NCBI GenBank assembly: GCA_963708025.1
Contig: CAVPSB010000031.1
Span: forward strand, 32,001-96,000
Reading direction: 5' to 3'
DNA length: 64,000 nt
Source of the DNA: an uncultured Candidatus Rokubacteria bacterium
GTDB lineage: Bacteria; Methylomirabilota; Methylomirabilia; Rokubacteriales; DASRDR01
The notes below the pieces were generated by a model, which was not told the DNA's origin, did not search any database, and saw only the letters and a list, made by a program, of their open reading frames with translations. Of the stretch, positions 49,042 to 58,607 are shown piece by piece; within the stretch, counting starts at the first letter, position 1; every line of letters starts with the position of its first letter. Position numbers and translations under genes: made by a program.

Positions 49042-50580
49042 CTAAGGACGGGGCGAGGGGATAGACGACAACGCAGCGACCCGGAGGACGGCCGGATCGG
49101 ATGCCGGGAACCGGAGCGTGAAGATCGTCCCGGCGCCCGGGCGACTGTCCACCTCGATGCGCCCGCCGTGTCGCGTGATGAGCGAGTGCGCCACGCTGAG
49201 GCCGAGCCCGATTCCCCGCTCACCCTTGGTGGTGAAGAACGGCTCGAAGATCCGGCGGCGGACCGTTTCGGGCATGCCGGGGCCGGTATCCGCGATGACG
49301 CAACAGACCGCCTGCGCGTCGCCCGCCGTGCTGACCAACAGCTCGCCCCCTTCGGGCATGGCGTCGAACGCGTTGAGGACGATGTTCAGCAAGGCCTCGC
49401 GTAGCTCCGATGGATCGGCGGCGATCGGGGGCAGCGGCCCCGTCTCCAGCCGGATCGTGTAGCGGCGGCCGTTGGGGCGCCCGGCATCGTCCCAGCGCGG
49501 CCGGCTGATCTCGAGCACGTCCTCCACCAGGCTGTTGAGATCGACCGGCGACGCGGGCACCACCCGGGGGGGCTGGGTGAATTCCAGGAGTCTCCGGACC
49601 GACCGGGCGCCGTCCTGGGTGACCTTCTCGATGACTTCCAGGTATCGGGCCAGCTCGGCGTTGTCCTCTCGCTGGAGCCGCTGGCGGAGGAGCTGCGTAC
49701 GACCCTGAATCGACGCCAGGACGTTGTTGACGTCGTGAATGACGCCGCCCGCCACCTCGCCGAGCCTCTGGAATCGCTCGGCCGTGGCTGCTCGCTCCCC
49801 GGGATCGTCGCCCGCCGCCATGCCGGCCCGGCCGTGGTCCCCGGGCTGGGGATTCGCCGGGGGCGCGACGTCGGACCGGGAGCGGCCCGCCTGCTGATCC
49901 CGCCGGCCGGAGCGGCCGACCAGCAGGCGAACGCCGGCGTAGAGGACGAGGCCGCTCGCCAGCGCAAGCGGCCAGACCGCCATCCAGAGCCACTGTTGAC
50001 TGCGGCGCAAGCGCCCCGGAGCCTTCGCCAGCTCCAGAACGCCGATCTGCTCCGCGCCGTCTTCGCACAGGATCGGAAGGTAGGCGACGGCCTGCGCGGC
50101 GAGGAGGTGACCGCCGTCGCGCGTCGGCGGCGAGCTTCCCTGCGTGAGCTGGAGCACCACCCTCCCGGCCAGGGCGTCCCGCAGCTCGCGGCTCTCCGGC
50201 AGGATCTGGCGGGGCTCCTCTCGCTCGCTCGACCAGAGGATCCGCGCATCCTGGCCGCGGACTCGGACCCGCGCGATTGCCGGAAGCCCCACGAACCGCC
50301 GGCCGATGTCGCCTGCCCACCCCGGGTGACTCTCGGCGTCGGGGAACTCGGTGACCAGCGGCTCCAGGCCACTCAGCTCGAGATGATTCTCGATCGCGGC
50401 GGGACTCGCCTCCCAGTACCACTCGGGCACCAGGTGAACGGACAGGGCCGAGAAGAAAACGCCGAGAGCGGTGGTCAATGTAACCACCGCGAGGAAATCC
50501 CGAACGAGAAATCGCCGAAGCACGGGTTCCCGACCTTCCCCTGTCCCGCCACTTTCAAGGAGGGACGGAACGAGTGTCAA
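49042..50580 (-). CDS. membrane sensor histidine kinase
   Basis: GVIHDVNN, NIVLNAFDAM, DTGPG and FEPFFTTK..GIGLGL motifs. Confidence 0.9.
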   Translation of the reverse strand: MTLVPSLLESGGTGEGREPVLRRFLVRDFLAVVTLTTALGVFFSALSVHLVPEWYWEASPAAIENHLELSGLEPLVTEFPDAESHPGWAGDIGRRFVGLPAIARVRVRGQDARILWSSEREEPRQILPESRELRDALAGRVVLQLTQGSSPPTRDGGHLLAAQAVAYLPILCEDGAEQIGVLELAKAPGRLRRSQQWLWMAVWPLALASGLVLYAGVRLLVGRSGRRDQQAGRSRSDVAPPANPQPGDHGRAGMAAGDDPGERAATAERFQRLGEVAGGVIHDVNNVLASIQGRTQLLRQRLQREDNAELARYLEVIEKVTQDGARSVRRLLEFTQPPRVVPASPVDLNSLVEDVLEISRPRWDDAGRPNGRRYTIRLETGPLPPIAADPSELREALLNIVLNAFDAMPEGGELLVSTAGDAQAVCCVIADTGPGMPETVRRRIFEPFFTTKGERGIGLGLSVAHSLITRHGGRIEVDSRPGAGTIFTLRFPASDPAVLRVAALSSIPSPRP

Positions 50581-50896
50581 GCACGAACTGCGGCGGCGTA
50601 CGCGATTCGCTCCACGACGGTCACCGGAAGGACGGCCTTCGAGGGCGAATCGGTGGCCGGTATATTTCGTGCACCATTTCTAGCGCCGCACTCTATGCAT
50701 GAACACACAGCAGCTGAGGCCCGCGGAAGGGATTGCCCGATGGTTCCGGAATCCCGCACCAGCTCGACACTCCCTCGAAGTGGCGGTCGCGGCTCTCAGA
50801 TGAGACTGCGCTAACGGGGTGACCGCAGAGCGCGCGCGGTGTTCGCCGGGCGACGCGCAGCGTTCAATCCGTGACGCGGAGGTCGGGGAGAGATTC

Positions 50897-51097
50897 ATGG
50901 GACTGATGGGATCGAACGGGCCGATTCGATCGTCAGGTGAGGGTCGGGGGTATGTCGCACGGCAGGACCCGGAGCCGCTCGTCGAGCAGGAGCTCGAAGC
51001 GCTGACTGCGTCGATTCGGGCGATCCGGGATGCGGTGCGGACACTCCTGGACGAGATCGACCCAGATTCCGCGAGCGCCGGCAGGTCGGGTGACTGA
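50897..51097 (+). CDS. small hypothetical protein
   Basis: GGGGAG RBS; amphipathic helix ELEALTASIRAIRDAVRTLLDEI. Confidence 0.35.
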   Translation: MGLMGSNGPIRSSGEGRGYVARQDPEPLVEQELEALTASIRAIRDAVRTLLDEIDPDSASAGRSGD

Positions 51098-51123
51098 CTG
51101 CGTCGGCTGAGGGAGGTGTACCG

Positions 51124-51840
51124 ATGAACAGGCGATTTGTCGCGGTCTCCGTGCTGGCAGCCGTGGGCATGATGAGCGCGGGCTGCCTGGCGACCCGGAA
51201 CTTCGTCCGGGAGAATGTCCAGCAGAGCGAGACGAAGACGGGGCAGGAGCTGACCCGGGTCGAGGGCCAGGTCACCCAGGCACGGGGCGTCGCCGATGCG
51301 GCGACCAAGCAGGCGACGGAGGCCACCCAGCTCGCCGGCCAGGCCGGCACCAAGGCCGACGAGGCGGCCCAGGCGGCGGGCCGCGCGGCGAACCGGGCGG
51401 AGGAAGGGTTCGGCGTCGCCACCCAGGCCCAGGCGAAGGCCGACCAGACCGACACCCGGCTGACCCGGCTGTGGACTAGCCGCCACAAGTACGCCATCGT
51501 CGATACACTCGTGATCTCGTTCGGCTTCAACAAGTGGCGGCTGGACGACCGGGCGGAGACGTCGCTGCTCGACGTGGTCCGGCAGCTCAACGACAACCCG
51601 GGCCTCTCCGTGAACGTCGAGGGCTACACCGATGACGTCGGGACGGCCGACTACAACCTGGAGCTGAGCCGGCGCCGGGCCGAGTCCGTCCGCCGCTTCA
51701 TCGTGGAGAAGGGGATCGACCTCCACCGCATCCAGACCATCGGCCTCGGCCAGGCCCGCCCCGCCGCCGCCAACGCCACGAAGCAGGGCCGGGATCAGAA
51801 CCGGCGCGTCGCCATCCGGCTCGTCACCCCGAGCGAGTAA
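51124..51840 (+). CDS. OmpA-family lipoprotein with a coiled-coil/alanine-zipper region
   Basis: Lipobox SAGC; VEGYTD..G..YNLELS.RRA and NRRV motifs. Confidence 0.92.
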   Translation: MNRRFVAVSVLAAVGMMSAGCLATRNFVRENVQQSETKTGQELTRVEGQVTQARGVADAATKQATEATQLAGQAGTKADEAAQAAGRAANRAEEGFGVATQAQAKADQTDTRLTRLWTSRHKYAIVDTLVISFGFNKWRLDDRAETSLLDVVRQLNDNPGLSVNVEGYTDDVGTADYNLELSRRRAESVRRFIVEKGIDLHRIQTIGLGQARPAAANATKQGRDQNRRVAIRLVTPSE

Positions 51841-51868
51841 GGCGCCCGCAACCGGTCGGCGTCCGGGG

Positions 51869-53176
51869 TCAGCCCGGCGCCGACCGGACCCGCCCCGCCA
51901 CCCGGCGCACCTTGCGCGGCGCGGCCAGCCAGATCGCGCCCACCGACGCCACGCTGCCGGCCATCGCCAGCCAGAACGCGGCGGCATAGCTCCCCGTTCG
52001 GTCGTGGAGCAGCCCGGCCACCCACGGCCCCAGCCCGGCGCCGGCACCCGCGGCCAGGTTGAGGGTGCCGAAGATGGTGCCGAAGTGCCGCCCCTGGAAC
52101 AGCTCGACCGGGATCGGGCCGAAGACCGAGGCCAGGCCGTAGCCGAGCATGCCCTGGGCCGCCACCATCAGGTAGACGAGCGATCGCACCGGGTACGCCG
52201 GGAGCAGCAGGAGCGCCGCGTAGCACACCACGTAGCCGATGCCGGAGAGCGTCCACGCCCACTCACGGCCCACGCGGTCCGACAGGTGGCCGAGCCCGAT
52301 CTGCCCCACGATCCCGGTGAGCCCGACCAGCCCCAGGGCGTAGGCCGCCAGCTGCGGTGAGAAGCCGAGCTCGGTGAGGTACTTCGTCTGGTGAACCTGC
52401 ACCGCGTACCAGGCGAACAGCCCCCCGAAGTAGGCCAGCGCGAGCCACCAGAACCGCGAGGTCCGGATGGCCCGGCCGAGCGTCCAGTCGACCGCGGCCC
52501 ACTCGGGGTCGACCACGTCTTCGGCCGGCCGGCGTCCGGCGCCGTCGCCGGGCGACGCGGTCTCGCCGTCCGGGCGCAGGCCCAGCTCCTCCGGGCGCTG
52601 CCGCGGTACGAGCAGGTTGAGCGGGAAGAGTACGGCCAGCAGGAGCCCGGCGAGCGCCCAGCAGGCCGCGCGCCACCCGGCGCGCTCGATGATTCCCTGC
52701 ACGACGGGCAGCATCGTGATGGAGCCGAGCCCGACGCCCGAGAAGGCGACGCCGATGGCCAGCCCTCGCCGCCGCACGAACCAGTTCGGCAGCACCAGCG
52801 AATGGCCGATGTAGCTGATGGCCATGCTCCCGCTGGCGACCAGCACGCCCAGGGTCAGGTAGAGATGCCAGGGAACGCGGACCGCCGGCGCCAGAGCCAG
52901 GCCCGTGCTCATCACGAGGATCCCCAGCGGGAACACGACGCGCGGCCCCCAGCGGTCCATCAGCAGGCCGATGAAGGGCGTGTAGAGCGTGGCGGCCAGG
53001 AAGCCGACCGCGAAGGTGGCCGCCGTGACGCCGCGGGACCAGCCGAACTCGTCGAGGATCGCCGGGAAGAGGAGGGAGAAGGCGGTCCGGGCGTTGACGC
53101 CGATCCCCATCGTGACGAAGGCGGTCGCCACGATCACCCAGCCGTAGAAGAAGGGGAGCGGACGGCGTGCGGGCAT
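51869..53176 (-). CDS. MFS transporter
   Basis: FYGWVIV, GLLMDRWGPR, WFVRRRGLA and GHLSDRVGRE motifs. Confidence 0.92.
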   Translation of the reverse strand: MPARRPLPFFYGWVIVATAFVTMGIGVNARTAFSLLFPAILDEFGWSRGVTAATFAVGFLAATLYTPFIGLLMDRWGPRVVFPLGILVMSTGLALAPAVRVPWHLYLTLGVLVASGSMAISYIGHSLVLPNWFVRRRGLAIGVAFSGVGLGSITMLPVVQGIIERAGWRAACWALAGLLLAVLFPLNLLVPRQRPEELGLRPDGETASPGDGAGRRPAEDVVDPEWAAVDWTLGRAIRTSRFWWLALAYFGGLFAWYAVQVHQTKYLTELGFSPQLAAYALGLVGLTGIVGQIGLGHLSDRVGREWAWTLSGIGYVVCYAALLLLPAYPVRSLVYLMVAAQGMLGYGLASVFGPIPVELFQGRHFGTIFGTLNLAAGAGAGLGPWVAGLLHDRTGSYAAAFWLAMAGSVASVGAIWLAAPRKVRRVAGRVRSAPG

Positions 53177-53245
53177 AGGCGCCCACCATGCCACACGGTT
53201 GCCGCGCCGGGCAACCGTCTCTACGATGGGGTAGTGGGTCGAGCC

Positions 53246-54835
53246 GTGATCCGTCTCGGCGTCCTGGGTGTCCTCCTCCTGGCGGCTGTCCCCGCGGCGG
53301 CCCAGACCTTCGTCTTCGGCCTCCCGGCCGAGCCCGTCCAGCTCGATCCGGCCGTGGCGACGGACAGCGCATCCCTCACCGTGACCTACCAGCTCTTCGA
53401 GGGGCTGGTGCGCCTCCGGGGCGCGACCACGGAGATCGAGCCGGCGCTGGCGGAGCGCTGGGAGGCGGCCGCCGACGGCACGGTGTGGACCTTTCACCTC
53501 CGGCCGGGCGTCCGGTTCCACGACGGCGGGCCCCTCGACGCGGCGGCCGTCGTGTGGAACTTCGAGCGGTGGTCGCGCGCCGCCCACCCGCAACACGCCG
53601 ACCAGGTGAAGGCCGGCCAGACCTTCGAGTACTGGGAAAGCCTGTTCGACGGCTTCGACGACCAGTCGGTCCTCGCCCGGGCCGAGGCCGTCGGCTCCCA
53701 CACCGTCCGCCTGACGCTCCGGCGGCCGCACGCGCCGCTCCTGGCCAGCCTGGCCGTCGCCGGGCTCGGCATCGCGAGCCCGCGGGCCGTCACCCGCGCG
53801 GGCACCGGGTTCGGCAAGCAGCCGGTCGGCACCGGGCCCTTCCGGTTCGTGGAGTGGCGGGCCGGGCAGGAGGTGGTGCTCGAGGCCAATCCCGGCTACT
53901 GGGGCCCTAAGGCGAAGGTCACGCGGGTCATTGCGCGCGCCATCAAGGACGGCGCCAGGCGGCTGGCCGCGCTGAAGGCGGGCGAGATTCACGGGATGGA
54001 GGGCCTGAACCCCGACGACATCGCCGTCGTCCGGCGCGATCCGAGCCTCGCCCTCCTCCTGCGGCCCGCCAGCACGACGGGGTACCTGGCGTTCAACTAC
54101 CGGGTGCGCGAGTTCCAGGACCGCCGGGTCCGGCAGGCGTTCGCCCGGGCGATCGACCGGACGGCGATCGTGGGCGCGCTCTATGGCGGGACCGGGCTCG
54201 TCGCCACCCAGCTCCAGCCCCCATCCTTCTGGGGCGCGGCGCCCGGCCTTCGCGACGAGCCGCACGATCCGGGCGCCGCGCGCGATCTTCTCCGGCAGGC
54301 CGGGTTTCCCGGCGGGCTGGCGACGCTCTCCTGGGAGGACGGTCGCCGCGAGCCGCTGGTTCTCTGGTACATGCCGGTCGCTCGCCCCTACTTCCCGAGT
54401 CCCAAGGAGGTCGCGGAGGCGATCGGCACGGACCTCGCCCGGGCCGGGATCACGGCGCGGCTCGAGACCATCGACTGGGCGGTCTACCTCGAGCGGGCGA
54501 AGTTCGGCCGCCTGCCGCTCTACATGCTGGGCTGGATCGCCGATCACGGCGACCCCGACGGTGCCCTCTGCTACGTCTTCTGCGCCCCCGGCGCCCCGGG
54601 CCAGGGCTTCTACGCGAACCGGGAGGTGAGCGACCTCCTGCGTCGCGCCCGCCGCGTGACGGCGCAGGCGGAGCGCGCCGGCCTCTACCGTCGTGCCGCC
54701 GAGCTGCTCCACGCGGACGTGGCGCGCCTGTACATCGCCCACAGCCGGACCCCGCTCGCGTTCTCGACGCGGGTCCGCGGCTACGTCCCGAACCCGACCG
54801 GCGCCGAGTCCTTCGGCACGGTCGAGCTCCGCTGA
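53246..54835 (+). CDS. DppA-like substrate-binding protein, no adjacent permease
   Basis: LRPGVRFHDG, PVGTGPF, MPVARPY.P and GWIADHGDPD motifs. Confidence 0.92.
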   Translation: MIRLGVLGVLLLAAVPAAAQTFVFGLPAEPVQLDPAVATDSASLTVTYQLFEGLVRLRGATTEIEPALAERWEAAADGTVWTFHLRPGVRFHDGGPLDAAAVVWNFERWSRAAHPQHADQVKAGQTFEYWESLFDGFDDQSVLARAEAVGSHTVRLTLRRPHAPLLASLAVAGLGIASPRAVTRAGTGFGKQPVGTGPFRFVEWRAGQEVVLEANPGYWGPKAKVTRVIARAIKDGARRLAALKAGEIHGMEGLNPDDIAVVRRDPSLALLLRPASTTGYLAFNYRVREFQDRRVRQAFARAIDRTAIVGALYGGTGLVATQLQPPSFWGAAPGLRDEPHDPGAARDLLRQAGFPGGLATLSWEDGRREPLVLWYMPVARPYFPSPKEVAEAIGTDLARAGITARLETIDWAVYLERAKFGRLPLYMLGWIADHGDPDGALCYVFCAPGAPGQGFYANREVSDLLRRARRVTAQAERAGLYRRAAELLHADVARLYIAHSRTPLAFSTRVRGYVPNPTGAESFGTVELR

Positions 54836-54879
54836 GGGATTTCGGGGGGTCTCGGAAGAGCCCCCCGGATGCCCCCCCT
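54835..54879 (+). repeat. repeat family B (inverted copy at about 57787-57828)
   Basis: TTCGGGGGGTCTCGGAAGAGCCCCCCGGATGCCCCC versus the reverse complement of the second copy, TTCGGGGGATCTCGGAAGGCCTCCCCGATGCCCCC. Confidence 0.7.
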
Positions 54880-55034
54880 CGGAGGCCGCCCTCGAGGGTG
54901 GCCGGGCCGGCTGCTCAGATTCGTGCCATGACCCGAGTCGGGCTGACCAGGGACGGGCCACCCGTCCGGCCGGTCCGATTGACCCTTGCCCCCTAACCCG
55001 TCGTCTTACCGAGCAGGGCGGGACTCTCCCCCGG

Positions 55035-55050
55035 TGGCCCTGTGCTTGCA
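55035..55050 (+). promoter_or_regulatory. putative sigma-54 promoter
   Basis: TGGCCCTGTGCTTGCA (TGGC-N7-TTGCA). Confidence 0.5.
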
Positions 55051-55124
55051 GCCACCACCGGCAGTGATCGATGGCCGCGTGAGGGCCGGGCCAGCAGGTG
55101 GATACCTGCCAGGGAGGCTGTTCG

Positions 55125-55556
55125 ATGGCGGATGGATTCCCCCTCCGCGCGCTCGTCGTCGATGACGAGCCGCACGTCCGTGACCTGTGGTGCGAGTTCC
55201 TGAAGCTCGCGGGGTGTGACTCGGATCAGGTGGGAACCGGGATGGAGGCGCTGACCTGCTTCGACGCGGGACGCTACGATCTCCTGGTGACCGACCTGTT
55301 GATGTCGGGTCTGACCGGCTGGGACGTGGCCTGGACGGTGCGCCGCCGGGACCCGTCCATCGCCGTGATCCTGATCAGCGGCTCCCCCACCCACATCGAC
55401 GTCGATCTCCTCCGGGAGCCGGGAGTCACCCTCCTGGAGAAGCCGATCCACCTGAAAACCTTCCTCGCGGCCGTGGAGGAAGCCCTGGCAATGCGGGCTC
55501 GAGTCCTCGACCGGACCGCGCTGTCCGCCGGGGTCGCGGCGAGCGCTGCCGGGTAG
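55125..55556 (+). CDS. stand-alone response regulator receiver
   Basis: LVVDDE, TDLLM, ISG and EKP motifs; GGGAGG RBS. Confidence 0.88.
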   Translation: MADGFPLRALVVDDEPHVRDLWCEFLKLAGCDSDQVGTGMEALTCFDAGRYDLLVTDLLMSGLTGWDVAWTVRRRDPSIAVILISGSPTHIDVDLLREPGVTLLEKPIHLKTFLAAVEEALAMRARVLDRTALSAGVAASAAG

Positions 55557-55565
55557 GAGCTCCGC

Positions 55566-56264
55566 CTAGATCTCGTCGAGGAAGGTCAGCTTGACCGGCC
55601 CCAGCTCGATCCGGTCGTTGCTCTTCAGGGTGGCGCTCGGCATCACCTGACCGTTGACCTTCATCCGGTGCCAGAGCGAGAGGTTCCGCGCCTCGAACCC
55701 GCGGTCACCCCGGATGACCAGCAGGTGCTGCTTCGGCCCACCGGCCGGGAGCCGGAGGTCGCACAGCCGGGACCGGCCCACCAGCGCTCCGCCGCCCTTG
55801 ACGACGTGGGTCCCGCGCATCCCCGCCACCTCCCACTCGATCTGGGGCTGGCGCTTCGCCGCGATCGACTGGTGGAGCCGATCGAGGTCCTCGATGTTCA
55901 TGTAATACGTCCCGGCCGGGTTGGCCCGTCCAGTGGCGGGGGTGACGTCGGTCTCGGTGACCTGCTCCCGGAAGACACGCTCGAAGAAGAGGGAGAACTT
56001 GCCGAACGAGATCTCGTCGCCGGGCCGGAGCGGTAGCGCGGCGGGCCCCAGGCGCTCGCCGTTCAGGAAGGTGCCGTTGGCGGAGTCCAGGTCCCGCACG
56101 GTCCAGAACTTCCCCTCCTGGCGAAGCTCGGCCTGCTGACGCGACACCGAGACGTTGTCGATGACGATCTCCATGCCCTCGACGCGCCCGATCTTCAGGA
56201 CGGGCCGGTCGAGGGTGTAGACCTGCACCGGCGTGCGCTCCATCACGAGGGTCACCTGGGCCAT
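55566..56264 (-). CDS. tandem FHA-domain protein
   Basis: IGR..VSRQQA..DLDSANGTFLNG; a second, degenerate FHA (VGRS..VNG). Confidence 0.88.
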   Translation of the reverse strand: MAQVTLVMERTPVQVYTLDRPVLKIGRVEGMEIVIDNVSVSRQQAELRQEGKFWTVRDLDSANGTFLNGERLGPAALPLRPGDEISFGKFSLFFERVFREQVTETDVTPATGRANPAGTYYMNIEDLDRLHQSIAAKRQPQIEWEVAGMRGTHVVKGGGALVGRSRLCDLRLPAGGPKQHLLVIRGDRGFEARNLSLWHRMKVNGQVMPSATLKSNDRIELGPVKLTFLDEI

Positions 56265-56294
56265 GTGTGCCGTCGGTCGGCGATCGCGGCGCCG

Positions 56295-57650
56295 CTACTG
56301 CGACTTGAAAAGCTTCTCGATCGTCCCGCGGAACTGCTCGAACGCCTCGCGGGGCTTGTCGAGCGCGTCCTTGATCTTGCCCGCCGCGTCCCGCCGCGAC
56401 TCCGGGCTGCCGGCGGCGGGCCTGGTCGGGGCCTCGCGCGGCCGGGCCACGGCCGGGCGCTCCTCCGGGAAGCGGTAGCTGAGGGCCAGCGGCTCGTCGC
56501 GCCGAACCGGGCCGGAGTGCTCCCACTGGCGAGGGCCGAGCCGCAGGGTCACGACCCGCTGGCCGACGCTCACGTCCGGGAGGACGAGCGGCCCGTCACC
56601 GGTCCGCCCCTTGAAGTCGCCATCGACGAACACCTCGACCGCGGGATTGCTGTTCACCACGATCGAGCCGAACCGCTGGTACCACCACCAGTCCCAGGCG
56701 GCCGCCGTCCCGACCCCGAGGGCGACCAGGGCGGCCGCGGCGACCAGCGCTACCCGGAGCCAGCGGCGCGGGGGCCGGGCCCCGGCCGGGATCCCGGGGC
56801 CCGGGCCGACCTCGCCGGGCCGCTCCAGCGCCCGGGCCAGCGCGTCGGCGAGCGCCTGGGCATTCTCGTATCGCCCGGTCGGGTGCTTGGCCATGCCCCG
56901 AGCGAGGACGGCGTCCAGGGCCGGCGAGACCGCCGGGTTCCGCTCCCGCGCGGGCGCCGGCGTGGCGGTCGCGATCCGCGCGAGCACGGCCACGATGTCG
57001 TCGGCCTTGAACGGGTTGACGCCGGTCACCGCCTCGTAGAGCGCGACGGTCAGCGAGAAGAGATCGCTGCGGCCGTCGACCACGCGGCCATTGAGTTGCT
57101 CCGGCGACATGTAGGCCGGGGTCCCGAGCAGGGCGCCAGTCTGGGTGACGTCGCTGCCCGAGATCCGGGCGATGCCGAAGTCGCTGACCTTGGCCTGCCC
57201 GCTCCCGTCCACCAGGATGTTGCCGGGCTTGATGTCGCGATGGACCACCCCGCGGGCGTGGGCGTAGTGGAGGGCGCGGCAGACCTGGACGATCAGCGAG
57301 ACGGCGCGCTCGGGCGACAGGGACCCCTCGGCGGCGATCAGGTGGGCCAGGGTCTGGCCCTCGACGTACTCCATGACCATGTACGGGACGTCGTCGAGCT
57401 CCACCACGTCGTGAACGGCGACGAGGTTGGGGTGGTTCAGGCGACCGGCGGCGGTGGCCTCCTGGTAGAACCGCCTCTTCAGGTCGGCGTACTGCTCGGG
57501 GGAAAGGGCGAGGTCGCGCCGGAGGGTCTTGAGGGCGACGGTGCGGCCGAGCTGGGGGTCGTGGGCTCGGTAGACGACGCCCATCGCCCCCTGGCCCAGC
57601 TCGGCCAGGAGCTCGTAGCGACCGACGCGCTCGACCTGGGATTCGGGCAC
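56295..57650 (-). CDS. Hanks-type Ser/Thr protein kinase with TM and PEGA-like domain
   Basis: LGQGAMG, VALK, HRDIKPGN, DFGIA and GTPAYMSPEQ motifs. Confidence 0.93.
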   Translation of the reverse strand: MPESQVERVGRYELLAELGQGAMGVVYRAHDPQLGRTVALKTLRRDLALSPEQYADLKRRFYQEATAAGRLNHPNLVAVHDVVELDDVPYMVMEYVEGQTLAHLIAAEGSLSPERAVSLIVQVCRALHYAHARGVVHRDIKPGNILVDGSGQAKVSDFGIARISGSDVTQTGALLGTPAYMSPEQLNGRVVDGRSDLFSLTVALYEAVTGVNPFKADDIVAVLARIATATPAPARERNPAVSPALDAVLARGMAKHPTGRYENAQALADALARALERPGEVGPGPGIPAGARPPRRWLRVALVAAAALVALGVGTAAAWDWWWYQRFGSIVVNSNPAVEVFVDGDFKGRTGDGPLVLPDVSVGQRVVTLRLGPRQWEHSGPVRRDEPLALSYRFPEERPAVARPREAPTRPAAGSPESRRDAAGKIKDALDKPREAFEQFRGTIEKLFKSQ

Positions 57651-57831
57651 GACCCCAACCTGTCGCGGATGTCCAGCACGGAGGCTCTGCCGGTTGCGGA
57701 CCAGGATACATCGGGGCCAGCCGGCGGACCTAGGAACTTCACCGGCCGCGCGGCAGTGGCGTTCCACTTCGAGCCGCGGCGTCCGACGGGGGCATCGGGG
57801 AGGCCTTCCGAGATCCCCCGAAGCACTCAGT

Positions 57832-57921
57832 TCGGGACCTCCCTCCTACCCCCCAACCCCCCTCCCCCACCCCCACCGGGGGGAGGGGGGAGTCGGAGGA
57901 CCCATTGCTTCACACGCTCTC
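57832..57921 (-). repeat. G-tract repeat family A, copy 3 (inverted)
   Basis: Ends in CTTCACACGCTCTC, the reverse complement of GAGAGCGTGTGAAG. Confidence 0.85.
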
Positions 57922-58582
57922 AGTCGCGCAACGCGGCCTCGGTCGCCAGCGTGTCGGCGCGGGCGTTGTAGACGGCGAAGTCGTCGCGGCCGGCGAAGGT
58001 CAACTGGTGGCCCCGCTGGTGCCGGAACGTGACGGAGAGCCGGCGGTCGGCGATGCGGGCGCGGCAGGCCGCCACGATCTCGGCCACGACCGGATCCTTC
58101 GTCCGCCAGCGCCCCTCCAGCCAGGCCCCGACCCCCTCGTAGTCGTGCACGACCGTGAGCGCGGTGCCTGGCGGCGCCAGCCCGAGCGCGGCGTAGAGGC
58201 CGCCCAGCTCGGCGACGATGTTCCGGAGGCGGTTCACCTCGGCCGTGATCTTCGGCCGGGTGTCGAGGGACGGGATGCCCGCGTCCCGGAACACCTCGTA
58301 GACGGTGGTGGCCACCTCGCGCACGGCGGGAGGGCCGGTCTCGCCTTGCTCGACCATGACCACGCCGATGCCGCCCATGTGGTTCCCGTCGGCGAAGGCG
58401 TAGCGCCCGGGGGGAAGGACGACCGCCTCGCCGCGGAGCATGGCCTCGGCTTGCGCGCGGCTCCCGACGGCCTGGAAGCGGGCACCGCGGACCCCCGAGA
58501 CGGCGGCCCGACATTCGGGCCAGGTCGCGTAGACGCCGCGGATGGAGTCGGGGTGCGTGACGACGTAGACCTTCATCGCCAC
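57920..58582 (-). CDS. rnhA: RNase HI with an N-terminal viroplasmin/hybrid-binding domain
   Basis: [15 protein letters not shown]; catalytic ADG, AEL, DY.G, GH and N..AD motifs. Confidence 0.78.
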   Translation of the reverse strand: MAMKVYVVTHPDSIRGVYATWPECRAAVSGVRGARFQAVGSRAQAEAMLRGEAVVLPPGRYAFADGNHMGGIGVVMVEQGETGPPAVREVATTVYEVFRDAGIPSLDTRPKITAEVNRLRNIVAELGGLYAALGLAPPGTALTVVHDYEGVGAWLEGRWRTKDPVVAEIVAACRARIADRRLSVTFRHQRGHQLTFAGRDDFAVYNARADTLATEAALRD

Positions 58583-58607
58583 GCCCCCCGGCTCCGGCGG
58601 GATCGGG

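Noticed and set aside
44546-57921. CRISPR array
   Set aside because: Repeats are dispersed rather than regularly spaced with unique spacers, and no cas genes are present.
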